DNA from: Phoronis australis | Lineage: Eukaryota; Animalia; Phoronida | Direction: 5' to 3' | DNA length: 64,000 nt | NCBI GenBank assembly: GCA_002633005.1 | Contig: NMRA01000681.1 | Span: 1-64,000 of the forward strand | In this document: positions 38,729-52,474 of the stretch, piece by piece | Position numbering within the stretch: position 1 is the stretch's first letter | Layout of the letters: each line of letters begins with the position of its first letter | Program-made: the position numbers and the translations under genes | Notes under the pieces: model-generated | Told to the model about the DNA's origin: nothing | Database searches by the model: none | Seen by the model: only the letters and a program-made list of their open reading frames with translations

Positions 38729-41606
38729 TTTCGGATTAAAACTGACATCGCTGATTCTGATTTACGTAGTTTTTACGTAACAGAATCCGAGAATTTGATT
38801 AATGGTTCCCAAAATGCATTTTTGGAGCTTTTTTAGTTTAAAGTGGATTCGTAGATTAAGAAGTTATGTCATATATCAACAATCTTGGTTGCGCTGACGT
38901 AGTGTTTAAGTATACATCAAATTGTGAAGATTCTTTTGTGTCCCGGCAAACCTCAGACATATTTACAGATAAAAACGTACTATGTCAAGACCATGTGTTG
39001 CTAGGTCAAGCAACAGATAATTGATTACTAGATGTTAAAAGATCCATCTACTTCAGCATTATGAGTATCAGCTGTTAAGTGAAAGATGCTTATCACTCAG
39101 CCTGTTGTTTACGTAACTTTTTATTGCATTGGTCAGACTGGTTGAACATATGTGTACATGATGGTTAAACTATGTTACGTCATTGTAATGTTTTAAGTTG
39201 ATTGTTAATAATAAACTTCTTTTTACATTTGAAAGGTCACAGAGAGAAAATCAAGTTTTGAATTGGAACTATTTTACTGAAACTCAATCTCAAGAATTAA
39301 GTGTAGTGAGCTGAGGTGTAAGTGGCATCCCCAGGCCCCAGTTGATTTTGTGACCCAATTTTCGAGCCAATATCAAGAAAATCATGTTTTGACTAACGGA
39401 AATGTTGTTTGCGGGATATTACAACAAGGGAGTTTTAGGTTTGTTCACATTTTCTACTGTAGATGGTGCATCTGTAGGTACCAGTCGATTTTGGCGACGT
39501 TGACCTCGTTTTCAATGTCATAGCGAAATCGAGTTTAAAATGTCGCAGACCCAATATTTCAAGAAGGGGATTTGAATTTTGTTTGAAGTGTATGTGGGTC
39601 ATCTCTAGCTGCTAGTAGACTTAAACGTTCTTTTTTAATGTTTACTACGAAATCTTCAATACAATGAATATACATTGCCCAGAAAGCGCCAAGAGGCATT
39701 ATATACAAAGAAATCTATATACATTTATTATACACAAACGTATAAATTAAAAAAATGATGTTAAGATTACAATGACATGTTATTACGAATGCAAATAAAT
39801 TATTTTCATACACAATAAGTTATTTTACATGTAACTTTAACGTTCTTCACCATGCTTTCAAAGCAACATAACCCAGGTACTGAAAACAAATTTATTTGAA
39901 CATTTTCAGGATTGCAACTGAATGTAAGGCAGTCATCTAGCTTAACTTTAAACAAAAATTACTTACCAAGTAAAATTATAGCAAATTCCTTGTCAGCTAC
40001 CGTTAAGTCCAACACCAATTTGCATACCTTATCACAATATTTATCCCGTTGACGAACGTTATCTGGAATATCACTTTCAGTAGTTAAAAATAAATTGGTG
40101 CTGGTAGCACAATTAGCAAATGCTGGCAACAATTAATCAAGCATACGAGACGTGGAAAAAGGCAACTTGCGTGACGAAAGCGTATTTTCTTCGTGTTGCG
40201 AAGCATTCCTAGTCATGCATTTGCTTTAGAATTCTCAGAACTTATTATCTGTTGCAAGTTATTACACATACGAAGCACTTACAGTGCCTTGAGCTAAACA
40301 GACCACGCAGCAGAATAAGATAAAATTTGATCGTCTCAGATGTGCTGGAGTGCCAATGGCAATTTTCAAGAACACAGATCGCTGCTTATTGGGAAACCAA
40401 CTGTAGTCACGGCAGAGCAATCGGTTCAGTGTTGTGTAACTTATATCCTGTAAACTAGATGAAATTATGGCATGATGGAGTTATTTTTACAACACTGGTT
40501 GGCCGATGTGGTGTTCGTGAAAGAGGAAGATTGTCTGCCTTAACTTACGATCAACAATAGCCATGATTGAATTTGGGCTTCGTTTTCAGACTGTGTTAAA
40601 TGTTCGGACATGTTCACTACTACAGCCAAGATTTCACTATGAAATCAAGATCCTCAGGCCTCATTGGTTAAAATCCCAGACATTTCCATACTATCAGTAT
40701 TGGAGTATAGTGAAAAATGTCATGTATTATTAAAGTCATCTGCTGTTCTAATCTCGATATATAATTGCCTGCAATTGACGGTTTTTAAAAGTATTTGTTT
40801 AATTAGCCTTGTATTCAATTCAACTGCAAATTTTCGGAGACATTGGAATGATTAAAATCTGTTCGCGCAAGTTAACCGCTTCAAAGTGGTACGCAATTAA
40901 TTTTTTAGCTTGAAACGTCAGACGCTTCAAAACACATTCAATTTTCATACCATTCCCAATGCTTGTGGACTTGCATCCGAGAGCAACGCCTGTACTATAA
41001 GTAGCAACACCAAGACCAATTTTTTCATGCATTGGTTGACGTTTTATCATTTGTTCAAATTAGTTTAATGCTAATATAACGTACAATCATGTCAAAATGC
41101 ATAGTTTGCCATCAAAAAGCCAGGAAATGTCAGCATGGAGAGATCAAATGCCATTGTTCTTTGATAGATGGATAGATAACATAATATTAAGTTGCAACTT
41201 AATTTCGGGTAGCAAAACCAACTTTCGAAGTGCAAGCAGCTCTTCGTCACGCGGGGATATCAGAGTGAAAGCCTACCATCAAGTTTATATTATGACTACG
41301 AAAAATGTATTGATGGAGGTTATCACTCACCGAGTGTTGAGATATGATTTGCATAAATTATAATTCTTTACTGGATTAACTTGAAAATTGCACACTTCGT
41401 TTTGTCGGCCAATGCCGACTTATTCAAGCTTCTACGACACCTGGTGACGGGTGTTTATCTTGTTTAAGATGGTTCCACGCCTGTGAGACATTGAATCTCA
41501 CTCAACTTTCAAACATACACTCCTTCACGTCACTGTATGTGTACAGGAGGAGTCAACGAAAAACACTCATTCACAGTGGCTCGTATGACCCAGGTCTATA
41601 TTCAAA

Positions 41607-41882
41607 AGGATACTAAACCTTGTTTTAGGGACTTCAACCAATCCCGTATCATTGGCGTCCCAAATCATTGGTTTCAAATAAAAACTCACACTTTCTTTGT
41701 CACAAATAGGATACTGTGGTTGTAGGAGGGTGACCCATTTAGCACTCTTTGCATGGATTTTTCAAATTTTTTCGAAACATTTGAGGGTTTTCGAAGATTA
41801 CAGAGCATTATTTTTCAGAGAACTAGATGGAAACGTCGTTTTTAATATCTGTTCATAGTTCAAAATCGGGTGTGGTACCCCT
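41607..41882 (+). mobile_element. TTAA-type (Kolobok-like) MITE
   Basis: aggatactaaaccttgtttt ... aaaatcgggtgtggtacccct|ttaa. Homologous to 52475-52836. Confidence 0.6.
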
Positions 41883-42689
41883 TTAATTTCATACTTTGGT
41901 ACCGAATTTCAAAATAAACGAGACCTCGCTAGATTACGTTTGTTGTTGTCAGAAAGGTTGTCCTAAATGACACGGAAAAGAAAGCGGTCCTTATTTAGTG
42001 GGCAAAGCTCATGAAAAATATGACATATAACAAAATACAAACCAATGTAAAGGAAATACTACCCTATGAAACAAGCCAAAGATACCAATGAAGTCTAACA
42101 AGTACTGTCGGCACGAGTTTAGCTTATTGGAAAATAAGTAAAACATAAATAAAATAATTTTCGTCATCTGGTACCTGATCATCAAAAGAATTTTTTTACT
42201 TCATAAACGGGTCAACTCGAGGTAAAACGCCACTCAATCTGCAGAAAAAGACGTTACAGTGGTTTTAGACACTACTGGGTGTGCCTGTTTACACGAAAAA
42301 GTCTAACAAAACCGGACCACCGGAAATGACTTGAAGCTACTCTTTTCTAAAATGTAAGCCAAGACGTTTTAAAATCAATAAAACAGCTTTAACTTCTTCG
42401 ATAACTGTCATAGACACCTATTTTTATTCTAATATATAGCTTTAAGTGGTGAGCAACCCACTGGTGTATATAGAATCAAATTTGAGCATCCGTTGGGATA
42501 ACTTCAATGTTATGCACATCTGGTGGGCTAACTTCAATGCACAACTAGAAGGAAATGTAGAGGTACGAAAAAAGGTCACAATCGAGACGGCACAAATTCT
42601 GATTAAATGCCATACCAAAATAAATGTACAATCTGTAACTGATCGCTAACCAAATCAGATCTTGAACTTGAACGAGCAGTGGTATTTCA

Positions 42690-43060
42690 TCTTGGTAGAT
42701 CTCGATACATGTTGGACCATTTGCTGGTTGGGTGGTACTGGAAGGACCTCGGACTGCCATTGCACCACTTCAGATAGGTATTGTCGTGCAAGTGCATTAC
42801 CTATATCAATAAAAATTTCTAAATATAATCCTGCGTAATGTGAGCCAAAGCGCATCGTATGAGAAAGGTGAGTGGTTTGATAATGATGCAGCATGTTGTA
42901 CATCCCTCCATTTGCTCTAAGATGGATCAGGTGGATCTGAACTTTCAGCGTTGTCAGCGCAATGTAAATCACGTAAGAATCATAACTGATGGCAAAGATA
43001 CCTTCCACGGAATGGGCATGGAGGCTTCAGTTACCTCCATCCCTCGTAATGAGATAAATA
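42690..43060 (+). mobile_element. AcademX-like transposase remnant
   Basis: VVQVHYLYQ*KFLNIILRNVSQSASYE and NVNHVRIITDGKDTFHGMGMEASVT match the recalled QLHH..SKFLI..SY and DNVDH..DGKxTFHGMG motifs. Confidence 0.5.
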
Positions 43061-43165
43061 TAGATTATTGCATTGACGAAGTCGTTATCCCCCGTATTCT
43101 AGAGACCGAGTGGATTTTAAAGAATTGTCACCCGAGCGGCATTAGCCCCGAGGGTCATAAATCTC

Positions 43166-43522
43166 CAGCCAAGCTGCCGGAGGCAGCGCAGGCAGGCCCG
43201 GGCGTAGCACTTAGGCGGGCCTCAGCCAACGCTGCCCGAGGCAGCGTAGGCAGGCCCGGGCGTAGCACTTAGGCGGGCCTCAGCCAAGCTGCCCGGGGCA
43301 GCGCACGCAGGCCCGGGCGTAGCACTTAGGCGGGCCTCAGCCAAGCTGCCGGAGGCAGCGCAGGCAGGCCCGGGCGTAGCACTTAGGCGGGCGTCAGCCA
43401 AGCTGCCCGAGGCAGCGCACGCAGGCCCGGGCGTAGCACTTAGGCGGGCCTCAGCCAAGCTGCCGGAGACAGCGCAGGCAGGCCCGGGCGTAGCACTTAG
43501 GCGGGCCTCAGCCAAGCTGCCG
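43166..43522. repeat. Second array of the 57-bp GC-rich minisatellite, ~6 copies
   Basis: Same unit and orientation as 1-505, with variant ggcccggg in place of ggctccgg. Confidence 0.95.
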
Positions 43523-44317
43523 GCGATCGCCCATTTGAACTGCGTAAATCACGATGCCAAGGTTAAGGTGTCAGGTGAATTCCTATTGAGAAGAGGTCAC
43601 TTGCTTTTCACTCAAAGCTTGAGAGGCATTGCACCCTTTTGTGCAAACATAAAAATAGCTACTGTCCCTCATGTATGCGCTGTATGCAATAACCATCACG
43701 GTGGATGTATATCAACGCTCTGGTTATAGTTATTAACAGGTTGGTATTGGACAGAGCTGAAAGTTACTAGTTGCCCTAGGGACGTGTGTAGGCCGTACAT
43801 TAACTTAGCACCCGCCGTTACTACGAAAACTGCTCCATTGATGCAGTTAATTGAATTTGAACACTGGCAAGACTGGTGAGATGTACTCGCCTGTTACGAC
43901 CGCGACTCACGTCAGCAGTTTGCACGGGACGACCCCGCCCTTAGGAAAGCATCCTACGCTGTTTAAATACTAATTCATAGACAGATTAAGTGTCAAGCTA
44001 CGCCAGAATACTGCTACCACCAAAATGTACAACAGTTTTCCGATCGCTTACGCCCTTACTGTGGGCTTTCCGATACAGGATCAAGACTGTTACATGTCCA
44101 ACCTCATCCAGTAGTGGTAGGGCCGACTGGCGACGTGATTAACTATGAACGGGCTATTCTAATACAATACACAAAGATAATACACAGCCTATGGACCTGA
44201 GATAAAGAATCGATTTACTTCGCCGGTTTGCGTAAGTCAATATATGGGACTCGGTGCAGTATGCCAGGGTAATCGTGTTCATCAACATGCAAGCAAAACT
44301 CGTCTTTAACATTTGAA

Positions 44318-44453
44318 ATGCCGCTCGCAACAGGCTCCATGCATAGAACAACGACAACGGTGTTCCCTTTCCAACTGAATGGATATTTGAAGGAGAAGAT
44401 CGTTTTAAGTATTGTCTGTATACTGGTGTTTGCAGGTACAGCAACGTTTAAAG
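44318..44453 (+). CDS. Paralogue A exon 1 (MPLATGSMHRTTTTVFPFQLNGYLKEKIVLSIVCILVFAGTATFK)
   Basis: Homologous to 55642-55771. Donor AAG|gtatga, phase 1. Alternative in-frame ATG at 44339. Confidence 0.8.
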
Positions 44454-47400
44454 GTATGATGTTTTCTTAATGAAAACGGATCGCTTCAGTGCAAAATATT
44501 AATCTTCATTTGATGATTTGTCATCACTAGGCTACAGAATTAAGTTGGCCGATACACCGGCTTTGTACTGCCAGCTTCTTGTGCCCTCATCGGTTTCCTG
44601 GGTCCAGCTGCACATCTCCATTTTGTCCGTGACCCATGTTTGACGGTCCGTTAACCGTGTTTCCTCGTGAATATGAGTCCGTGTCCCGTGTATTTAGGTG
44701 CGTGGATCGTGTTTTGTGAGTCCGTTCCCGTGTTAGTGGACGGCGATTGCAGGTCCGTGAGTCGTGTTCATGCGTCTGTGCCCCGTGTTTATGAGTCCGT
44801 TGACCGTGTAGTTTAGGTACCTTGATTAGGGGCTTTGCATAACAAGACCATTAGTTATTTTCAATAATATTGAGAATTGATCAGAGTAGAGTTTACTCAT
44901 AGTGTGTAGGCTAAACATTGGCCTAATCATCAAAATAATACAGCTTAAGAAAGGACCGTCAGTCCAAAAGTGAGGGACTTTCTCATGCAACCGAGAAGTG
45001 GTATCTGCGTGTTTTAATTTTTATATATTGTGAATATCATCTTGACACCCAAGTCTGCTTACCTTTAAACCTAGGAGGTATAAGAGAAACAATTTACCAG
45101 TGCTGGATTTACAGTCTTTGGAACCGTGGCTAGGATATTTTAGGGGTATTGTAGATCGTAAACGTATTTGAAAATGTGCTCTCAAACAATGAACGAGATA
45201 ACTTTTGATGCACAGATTTTCCAAAGCAAATTGATTAAGAAAACAGTTTTAGGGAATGCGAAACTGCTCTTTTTTCGGAGGTCGTTCTCTGGCAAAGGAT
45301 AATGGAGTCATCTGTCACACTCTTTTTCCTTGAACTTTCCCCAAACTCGACACTAATATAATTAATCTTGACATTTGTCAAATTAATTTGTGCCCCTCCC
45401 TGATTATTTTTATCTTGCTACGGGCTTGCATTGGTGGTCACCGCATTCTCCACTACACGCCTGCCTTTGCGACAGCCCAAAATGCGCAACCGGTCCCATT
45501 TTTCCCTCGGTCACTGATGCCCGTAAATCCGCCTAAAGCCGCGATTGCTTCGTTGGACCGTAGTCACTCCACTTGATCGTAACTGCGGTGGCAGATTTAC
45601 GTTTTCAATAAGGAGGGGGTTAAGATTCGCGCGAATCCCAGGCTCGTAGCGCAGTGTAGGGGGAAGTTCGGGAGAGGGTTTACCCCTTTCCGTGTAAGCA
45701 TTTTTTTAGGCTTTGTAGCTGATTTCGATTTCCTGGCGACGTTTTTTAATTTTTATTTTTGATCCTATCCTGTGGGGTTGAAAGCCCATGACCCCCCCCC
45801 CCCCCNCCATGAACCCCCCCGCGTAGACCCGCCTCTGATTTACTGGTCTGATTCTTCCAAAGCCTCGGAAATCTAAAATCACCTAATCCCTTGGCTATTT
45901 CCTCTCCCCGTCGTCACTTCTACGAATTTTCTCAGGGTTTCGTCTTGTAAGTCAAAATGCTTTTGTTTCTATCAATAGCTGAGTGGATACTCGTCGTCAA
46001 GGAATTGCTACTTCAATACCACAACGCCAGTGCCGGTAATCTCGTTGCTAATTCTTCATTTGCCGCTTACGATGCAAGAGCTCTACTGCACAGATGGCAT
46101 CTTCAAAATGTCCCACTATTTATTGCTGGTTCATTGACCGTCTCATTTCTCCTATTCTACGGAGTCGGTGCATTCTTTCACTACAATTACTACGTCCGCC
46201 AAAAAGATAAGGTATGTTCCCGATTATGCTTTTGTGGTTGCTTTTCGATGCCACATATTTTCTCATTAATAAATGCGACGTTTTACATATTGATTAGGCA
46301 TATTTGTACAGTAAATAGGCTAAGTAGTAATAGTCATTAGAGATTTCGGTGCCTGGGGCATAAACTTCCGCGTTTTCTTACTTTATGTAGGTTTGACATT
46401 TCGTTTCTTATTTTTGTTGTCACCCAACACAGATATTGTATAAAACCCTTGTGCATCGAGTCAGACCCTTGAAATCTGAACACAGTTGAAGTTCAACTTG
46501 TTGATGCCACTGAGGATGCTACTTTCAGCCTGAATCATGGAAGTGCCAACCAGATCGGTTCTTGACGCCGTCTTTGGAGCGCCACGAAATACTGTTAGGT
46601 TCACTGAACCTTGTTATTGGTTCATGTGCCAGTGGTTCTCTTGCGTGTTACATCTACAACGGAGGTACGTATATGATGGTGGTTGGCTAACAAGCACAAA
46701 CATATACTCATCATTCATTTCTTTAAAACAATAGTTTTCTGCATCAGAGAAAACCAAAAACAACTAGCTTTTGCGCAAACTTCATTAAAGACAATATTCT
46801 TTTCATTTCACCTGTGGCCTTTGTATAACTTAACAATCAGTCATTGAAGTAATGACTGAACTAGTCTATATTGAAATATACCTGCATTCCAACTAGAAAA
46901 TGTTATTTCTAGATCGCCAATCACGCCTTTTGATAAACACTGATGGTCATTTATCATTCTTGTTACAGGCAAAACTATGATGTATTTCAACATCCATGAA
47001 CATGGCCTTCTCTATTTCTTCTTGTCTATCCCCGCTTTCTACCTACTGGTTGACGGATTCGCGTACTACGTTCACATGGCGCTGCACTGGCCAATATTTT
47101 ACAAAAATATTCACAAGTATCACCACAGATATTATGCACCGACAACATTTGGAGCCATCGCCATGCATCCGGCTGAGTTTATAGCTTTGAACGCAGCAAT
47201 CTTCATCCCTATTTTCGCTGTTCCTGTACACGCGTGTAAGTTGGTGTTTTTTTTTAATTCTACTTGGAATATATCAATTCACGTGCTGGATGGGGAGAGT
47301 CTTTGGATAGTTTTGCTCTGACGAAAACGCCGAACGTTCCACGTAACTGATGCGCTCATAATTACTTGAGTTAACAAACTTTGTTCCCCAACTGTGAAGA

Positions 47401-49804
47401 ACAAATTTCAGTCGATTATGTAGGACCCTAGAAAAATGTCTAAATTTAGAGAAACATCGTATCTCAGCAATGGCTGATCAGGTTCAAGTGAAACTTTCAG
47501 ATACTATGCTTAACGCACTATCCTCCAAAACGCTTCGAGCAACAGTTTGTAAATTAAATCCAATTTTGTAAGATGGGTTATTAAAAATAGGACTTACATT
47601 ATTTTTATGAAACAACGACAATAAAAGTTGCATAAAAAGAAAACAAAATGATACTTCAGAAAACTGTAACATCGTTTCATTTCATCTTGCGTATTGGCAA
47701 AACAACAACATCAGCGCAATCTTATGATTCGTTTGAATTAAAGTTTGTTGCAATGAATCGCCTGGAAATTTCCCTGATGACAGCCACACTGCCTTGGCGA
47801 CTGACAAGCGCCTTTAATATGCATTGCCGGAAGTAATGGTGGTTTGTTAGTTTTTCTCAAGCATTGAAATAATTCCTTATCTTGGCAAGGAACAAATAGG
47901 TAAGATCGATTTTAGAACAGCAGGTGACCTAACTTTTAAGTTAATTTTATATGAGGAACAGGTTTATTGTCTCTTTAAACCGTATGTTTTGTCAATTCTT
48001 GAAGTTACATTTCGTCCTGTTTAACTGACTACCGAAAAATCTCTCTCCAAATCGGTTTCACAAGATTCCTTATCCTTACAGGATTCTAGTGCCGTTACCA
48101 ATTCAGGTGGTACTGAACAGTTATGCTACAGCCGCGGCCAGCCGCGGCCAGCCGCGGTCAGCTTGCACTGAACAGTTATGCTACAGCCACAGCCAGCTTG
48201 CACTGCTAAAAAATAAATTCTAGGGGTATACCAGGCCTGGTGGGTATTTTTTTTAGGTAGGCGCTACAAATGGTTTGTTTGCATTTGTGAACATGTTTGG
48301 AATGAGAGAAGACCAATTGCTGGGCTGAACCTACCCTCTTCTTCAAGATGGCGGCCCTTGTTGCATTTGTGCATTGCAGGGTGTCGACTGAGAATTCGGT
48401 TGCGATTTCAGGCAGCCCTCAAACAAGCCAAAATTGGAAAAACGTAGTTGGTTGACAGCACTTTCAAACCATATTTTTGAAATCTGTAGGAAATTGGCTT
48501 TCAGAATCTAAATGTTGGCTTATGTCGCGCAGCGGCAGGGAAGTGGTGGTTTTAGGGGTGAAAAGTGCCAGTTCTTTCTGCCTATTTTTTCTTAGCTTAG
48601 CTTGCTTTTCGGTAGGAGTGAAAGGGCCAAGTACAAATCAGAATAAAGTGTCTATGCTCATCTGTGATGTGAAATAACTCGAAACTTTGCATACAGATTT
48701 TGAAAGAGTGAAGCTTAAAATGACAAGTCTATTGATGTGTGTTCTGGCCAACCCGTTTTCTTTGTTCCTTGATGATTTCGAATTCGCAATTTTAGGGTTT
48801 GCCAATCCCAATAAACTGAAGTGAGTCGCCAATGGTTTTAATGCTCTTGTTTGCAAGTTACGGAAATGGGATGCTAGGAGTGTTATGGAGCTGATTTTAT
48901 TAGAGCAAATTCGATATGCGGACCTTTTACTAAAAAAAATCAACGAGGACTAAAAAAACCGGGCCACTAGGTTCAGGTTTGCCAATCGTGCATCCGCGCC
49001 GAATTCCTGTGGACTTTGTGGTCTTTTGTCTCGTTTACTCGGACTTTTTGTTTCACTGAAGCGGACCTTTTTGCCCAATTCGCCAAATTGGGGGCTCGTT
49101 CGAAACCCCCGCCCCCTGGGTGCGCCCATGCGGTAAACAAGTTAATACGAAAACTGCACTTGTTTTCATCTCTGCATGTTTTCTTTAGGTAAAAGAAGAT
49201 CTAACCGTGTCTTGAACAGCCTGTTCGTTAAGATTAACATTCGGTATTATTTCAGCAATAACCATCGTTACTGCAGTTTACATATTTTACTATGGAATGG
49301 TGGACCACTCTGGAGTCATGATGGATTCAATTTGGCCATGGCAACCAGAATCGAAGTTCCATGACGACCATCACAAGTACGTGCTAAGCAGAGTAGATAG
49401 ATAGCACGAAGCTGCCAACTGATAATTTGACGATTTCATATGATTAAGATCGTTTCATCTCTTGACGTATGATTTTATTACCCATTAATTATGTCACACC
49501 AAACTGTTGTTTGTCATCCTGGCGCTTATTTTATTTTTCTTTAAAAATATACCAATTCCGTTTCCTTTCTGAAAAATGTTCTGTCCTGTTTCGTAATGTT
49601 TGACACTAGATTGCGCTTATCCCCCTTAAGTATCATTTTTAGAGACACTTCTTGTTTTTCAGGTATTTTCATGTTAATTTTGGATTCAACTGCAAGTTAT
49701 TTGATTGGCTGCACGACACACTCCGACGTGACGACCGGGAATATGGAGAAGATGTATTCTACGGCAGGGGGCGTAAGAAGACAGACAGGCAGAAGTCTGA
49801 ATAA
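44318..49804 (+). CDS. Sterol desaturase (fatty acid hydroxylase superfamily, lathosterol oxidase/SC5D-like), paralogue A; join(44318..44453,45979..46211,46529..46664,46969..47235,49256..49376,49663..49804), 344 aa
   Basis: All introns are GT-AG and phases are compatible (1035 nt including TAA). His boxes HMALH, HKYHH, DHSG, FHDDHH and the NFG..FDWLHDT motif are present. Exon-by-exon homology with paralogue B. Confidence 0.92.
45979..46211 (+). CDS. Paralogue A exon 2
   Basis: Acceptor tttctatcaatag|, reads EWILVVKE...YNYYVRQKDK, donor |gtatgt. Confidence 0.88.
46529..46664 (+). CDS. Paralogue A exon 3
   Basis: tttcag|PESWKCQPDRFLTPSLERHEILLGSLNL...YNG|gtacgt. Confidence 0.92.
46969..47235 (+). 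CDS. Paralogue A exon 4 (His boxes 1 and 2)
   Basis: ttacag|...DGFAYYVHMALHWPIFYKNIHKYHHRY...MHPAE...PVHA|gtaagt. Confidence 0.95.
49256..49376 (+). CDS. Paralogue A exon 5
   Basis: tttcag|...YYGMVDHSGVMMDSIWPWQPESKFHDDHH|gtacgt. Confidence 0.93.
49663..49804 (+). CDS. Paralogue A exon 6 (last coding exon)
   Basis: tttcag|YFHVNFGFNCKLFDWLHDTLRRDDREYGEDVFYGRGRKKTDRQKSE*. Confidence 0.92.
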
Positions 49805-49897
49805 TTTTAATTAATATTTACATTTGTGATTTAACACAAGAAGCAATGCAATATTCTGCTGTCAGTAACAGTGCCAGGGTAACTACAATGCACGCCA

Positions 49898-49927
49898 GAG
49901 AGCAAAATAAAAATATGAAAAAAAAAA
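49898..49927 (+). mobile_element. 30-bp poly(A)-tailed micro-insertion with 14-bp TSD in the 3' UTR, containing AATAAA
   Basis: tacaatgcacgcca (49884-49897) | gagagcaaaataaaaatatg(A)10 | tacaatgcacgcca (49928-49941). Confidence 0.7.
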
Positions 49928-52474
49928 TACAATGCACGCCAATGCAAATGACAATGTTATACTGAAATTTTAGACGACTGATTTTATAGTTTGAATATTT
50001 TTAATCGGTTTCTGATGAAGTATTTTTATTGCTTAAATTTTGACAGTACTTTTATCTGTTTACTCAGACAGCACATAATATACACACAATGCTAAAAATA
50101 TGTTTAGTGTTATTGCATAAACCTTGGTTAGGCTTATGACTCATCACAAGTAAACTGCAGTGGTAGTTTAATGTATCTAAAATACTAATCTAGAATGTAT
50201 ATTTGTCTCTAGAATATTGATTCTCAATTGAAAATATATTTTTACAATTCCGTATTGCAACAAATTTACTTTTTTGTAGAATGTAATTTTAGTTGCGATG
50301 GACAATCCTTCTCCTATACGATCCAAACAGGCGTTCTCATTAACAGTGTTCTTTTCTCCTTAGTACAATTCTTTTCCCTCGAGCTGTTTCTTTTCTCGAG
50401 GGACGCAATTCTATTCTTATGAACACGTTTATTTCCTCGCGAACTGCCATGTAGTACTCGAGTGAAGAATATTATGTACTCTTTTAGAACGTATTTGTTA
50501 GACAAAGTTGTGATTGTCCGAATGATTTTGATCACGATTTCATTAGTTATGGTTTTTAAGGTTTAATGTACCCCTAATTAAAAGGTTAATATCTTCTACT
50601 GGAAATATATAAGGAGCTAATGACTGTCAACCCATAAAAGTATATGTTTTCTGAATCTAAGAGTGGTGACAAATCTATTCAAGTTATGCCATTCACAACA
50701 CTGCACCATTTTCGTGGTCACGTGACAAACGGTGCCTGTGGTTTTCAAATTTCATAACTAGCGCACGTCCGATGTTTTTGAAAATACGTCATAACAATGA
50801 ATAAAAATGTTCAGAACTTTGAAACAATACTATAGACAGTTGATGTAGTCGGTAGAGTGTGTGACAAAGAATAGGGCGTTGCATTTTGAAATGCGGGGCA
50901 TTTGACTTGATTGACAGGTTGCACGTAAAAAAAACGTGCCTGTTGGTTACAGCTTTTCCAGAAAGCCTCGTTTTTCGCAATTATTTGTAAGAAATTCAAT
51001 TAATTTTGTGAAATAGGGTTATGCGTTACCGTGGGCTAGTTGTTGCTTTATAAGTACACAAAAATGCTTGAACTCGCATATTATGTTGTAAGCTATACAT
51101 GTGGGTAGTTTGAAACTCTAATCAGGCATGTCTTTCACGTTGCAGGGAAATGAAGTCTTTGCGTAAACTAAACTGATTCCTGCCTGTTGTGTACACGTAA
51201 TGTGACAGCTATCAAAAGCTGACATGAAATACTCATTTGAATGTAAAATTTCAAACAGAAATTACAAATTATGTGCTGTATAATTTATACCGCAGTTATT
51301 CCAATAAAAACTACTCTGTCAACATCGAATAAGTTTCAGCTTCTCAGGGCATTGAAGAACGTAAGGTACCAAGGGATACAATCTGTCTGTTGGAAAAATA
51401 GCGACTATAATGAAACACAGACGAGTGTGCAGGTATTTGCACCTCACAACCACTGTCATTACTAAACTACCGTACTCAAGAAAAGTACTGTACTTTCCGT
51501 TTTAGAATCCAAATGATCACTAACTTAGTAGGAAATTCTTGATAATGGGGAGTGTATGTCATGAGTTTTTGTCCTTCCGTGGAAGAACACGGAAGGAAAA
51601 GTAGACCGAAAATGAAAGTCCCAACAATTGGTGGCTAAGCAATGATTCACTAATAGGTCATACAAATGTTAAAGCAGCGATAGACCACATTCTTGTGTCA
51701 AATGTAATTTTCTTCACAGGAGTATTTGCTCTTCAAAAAGCAAGTCATAACGTTTTTTTTTTTGCCATGTGCTTGAATTTAAATTTGTTGCAAAACGCTC
51801 GAGATATCCCCAACTTTACGCCCAATACTGCATCGGCGGATGAATAAGTAACGCGCTGTGAAAAACAAAACCATGTTCGATCAATTACCATGGTCTCAAG
51901 CAATAGCCAACTGTCAGTTCTCCTCACGCATAGATTTCTCTAATCTGTGTAAAGAGCAACATAATACTGACTTTAATAGCAGTAAATGGCCTAAATCGAA
52001 AGTTGTTTTGACTGACCGAAGGCACCGTAAGTTATCGGTTTTACCGCCGCATTCGTAGCATCAGATCAACAGTTACCACCAACAAAACTACGCTAACTGT
52101 GTGAAGACAGTTCTCATAGCTCACCAGCACATCTACCCAGTGATCGTGTCACCGAACTTGGTGGACTTAGGGCGAGCGCACACGAAGAGCTAGCTGCACG
52201 CCTCGAATGAAAATTTGCTAACGTCTGTGGCAAAATGAACTGTAAGGATTTTGCCTCGTGAGGCGCTTAGGCAAGTGTTTCACTTGTTGAGCCACCAAGA
52301 GAGGTTGGTTGTTGTCAGGCTACCGAAGGCAACCAGGTAAACACTGAGCTCACCTTGCCGCATCCGCATGGTGTGAGGATTTATGCTAACCATTCGAGGA
52401 GTGTTGCTCTTCGTCTACGCTCTCCCCTTTAGTCAGGCTCAGCAGATTGCCTTCGGTAGCCAATGAAAGTTTAA

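Noticed and set aside
39700-41400. Possible decayed TE coding sequence
   Set aside because: No motif I could assign with confidence.
45957-45978. ATG 45957 as the start of gene A
   Set aside because: It lies in the acceptor tract conserved with paralogue B, and a homologous upstream exon 1 exists in both genes.
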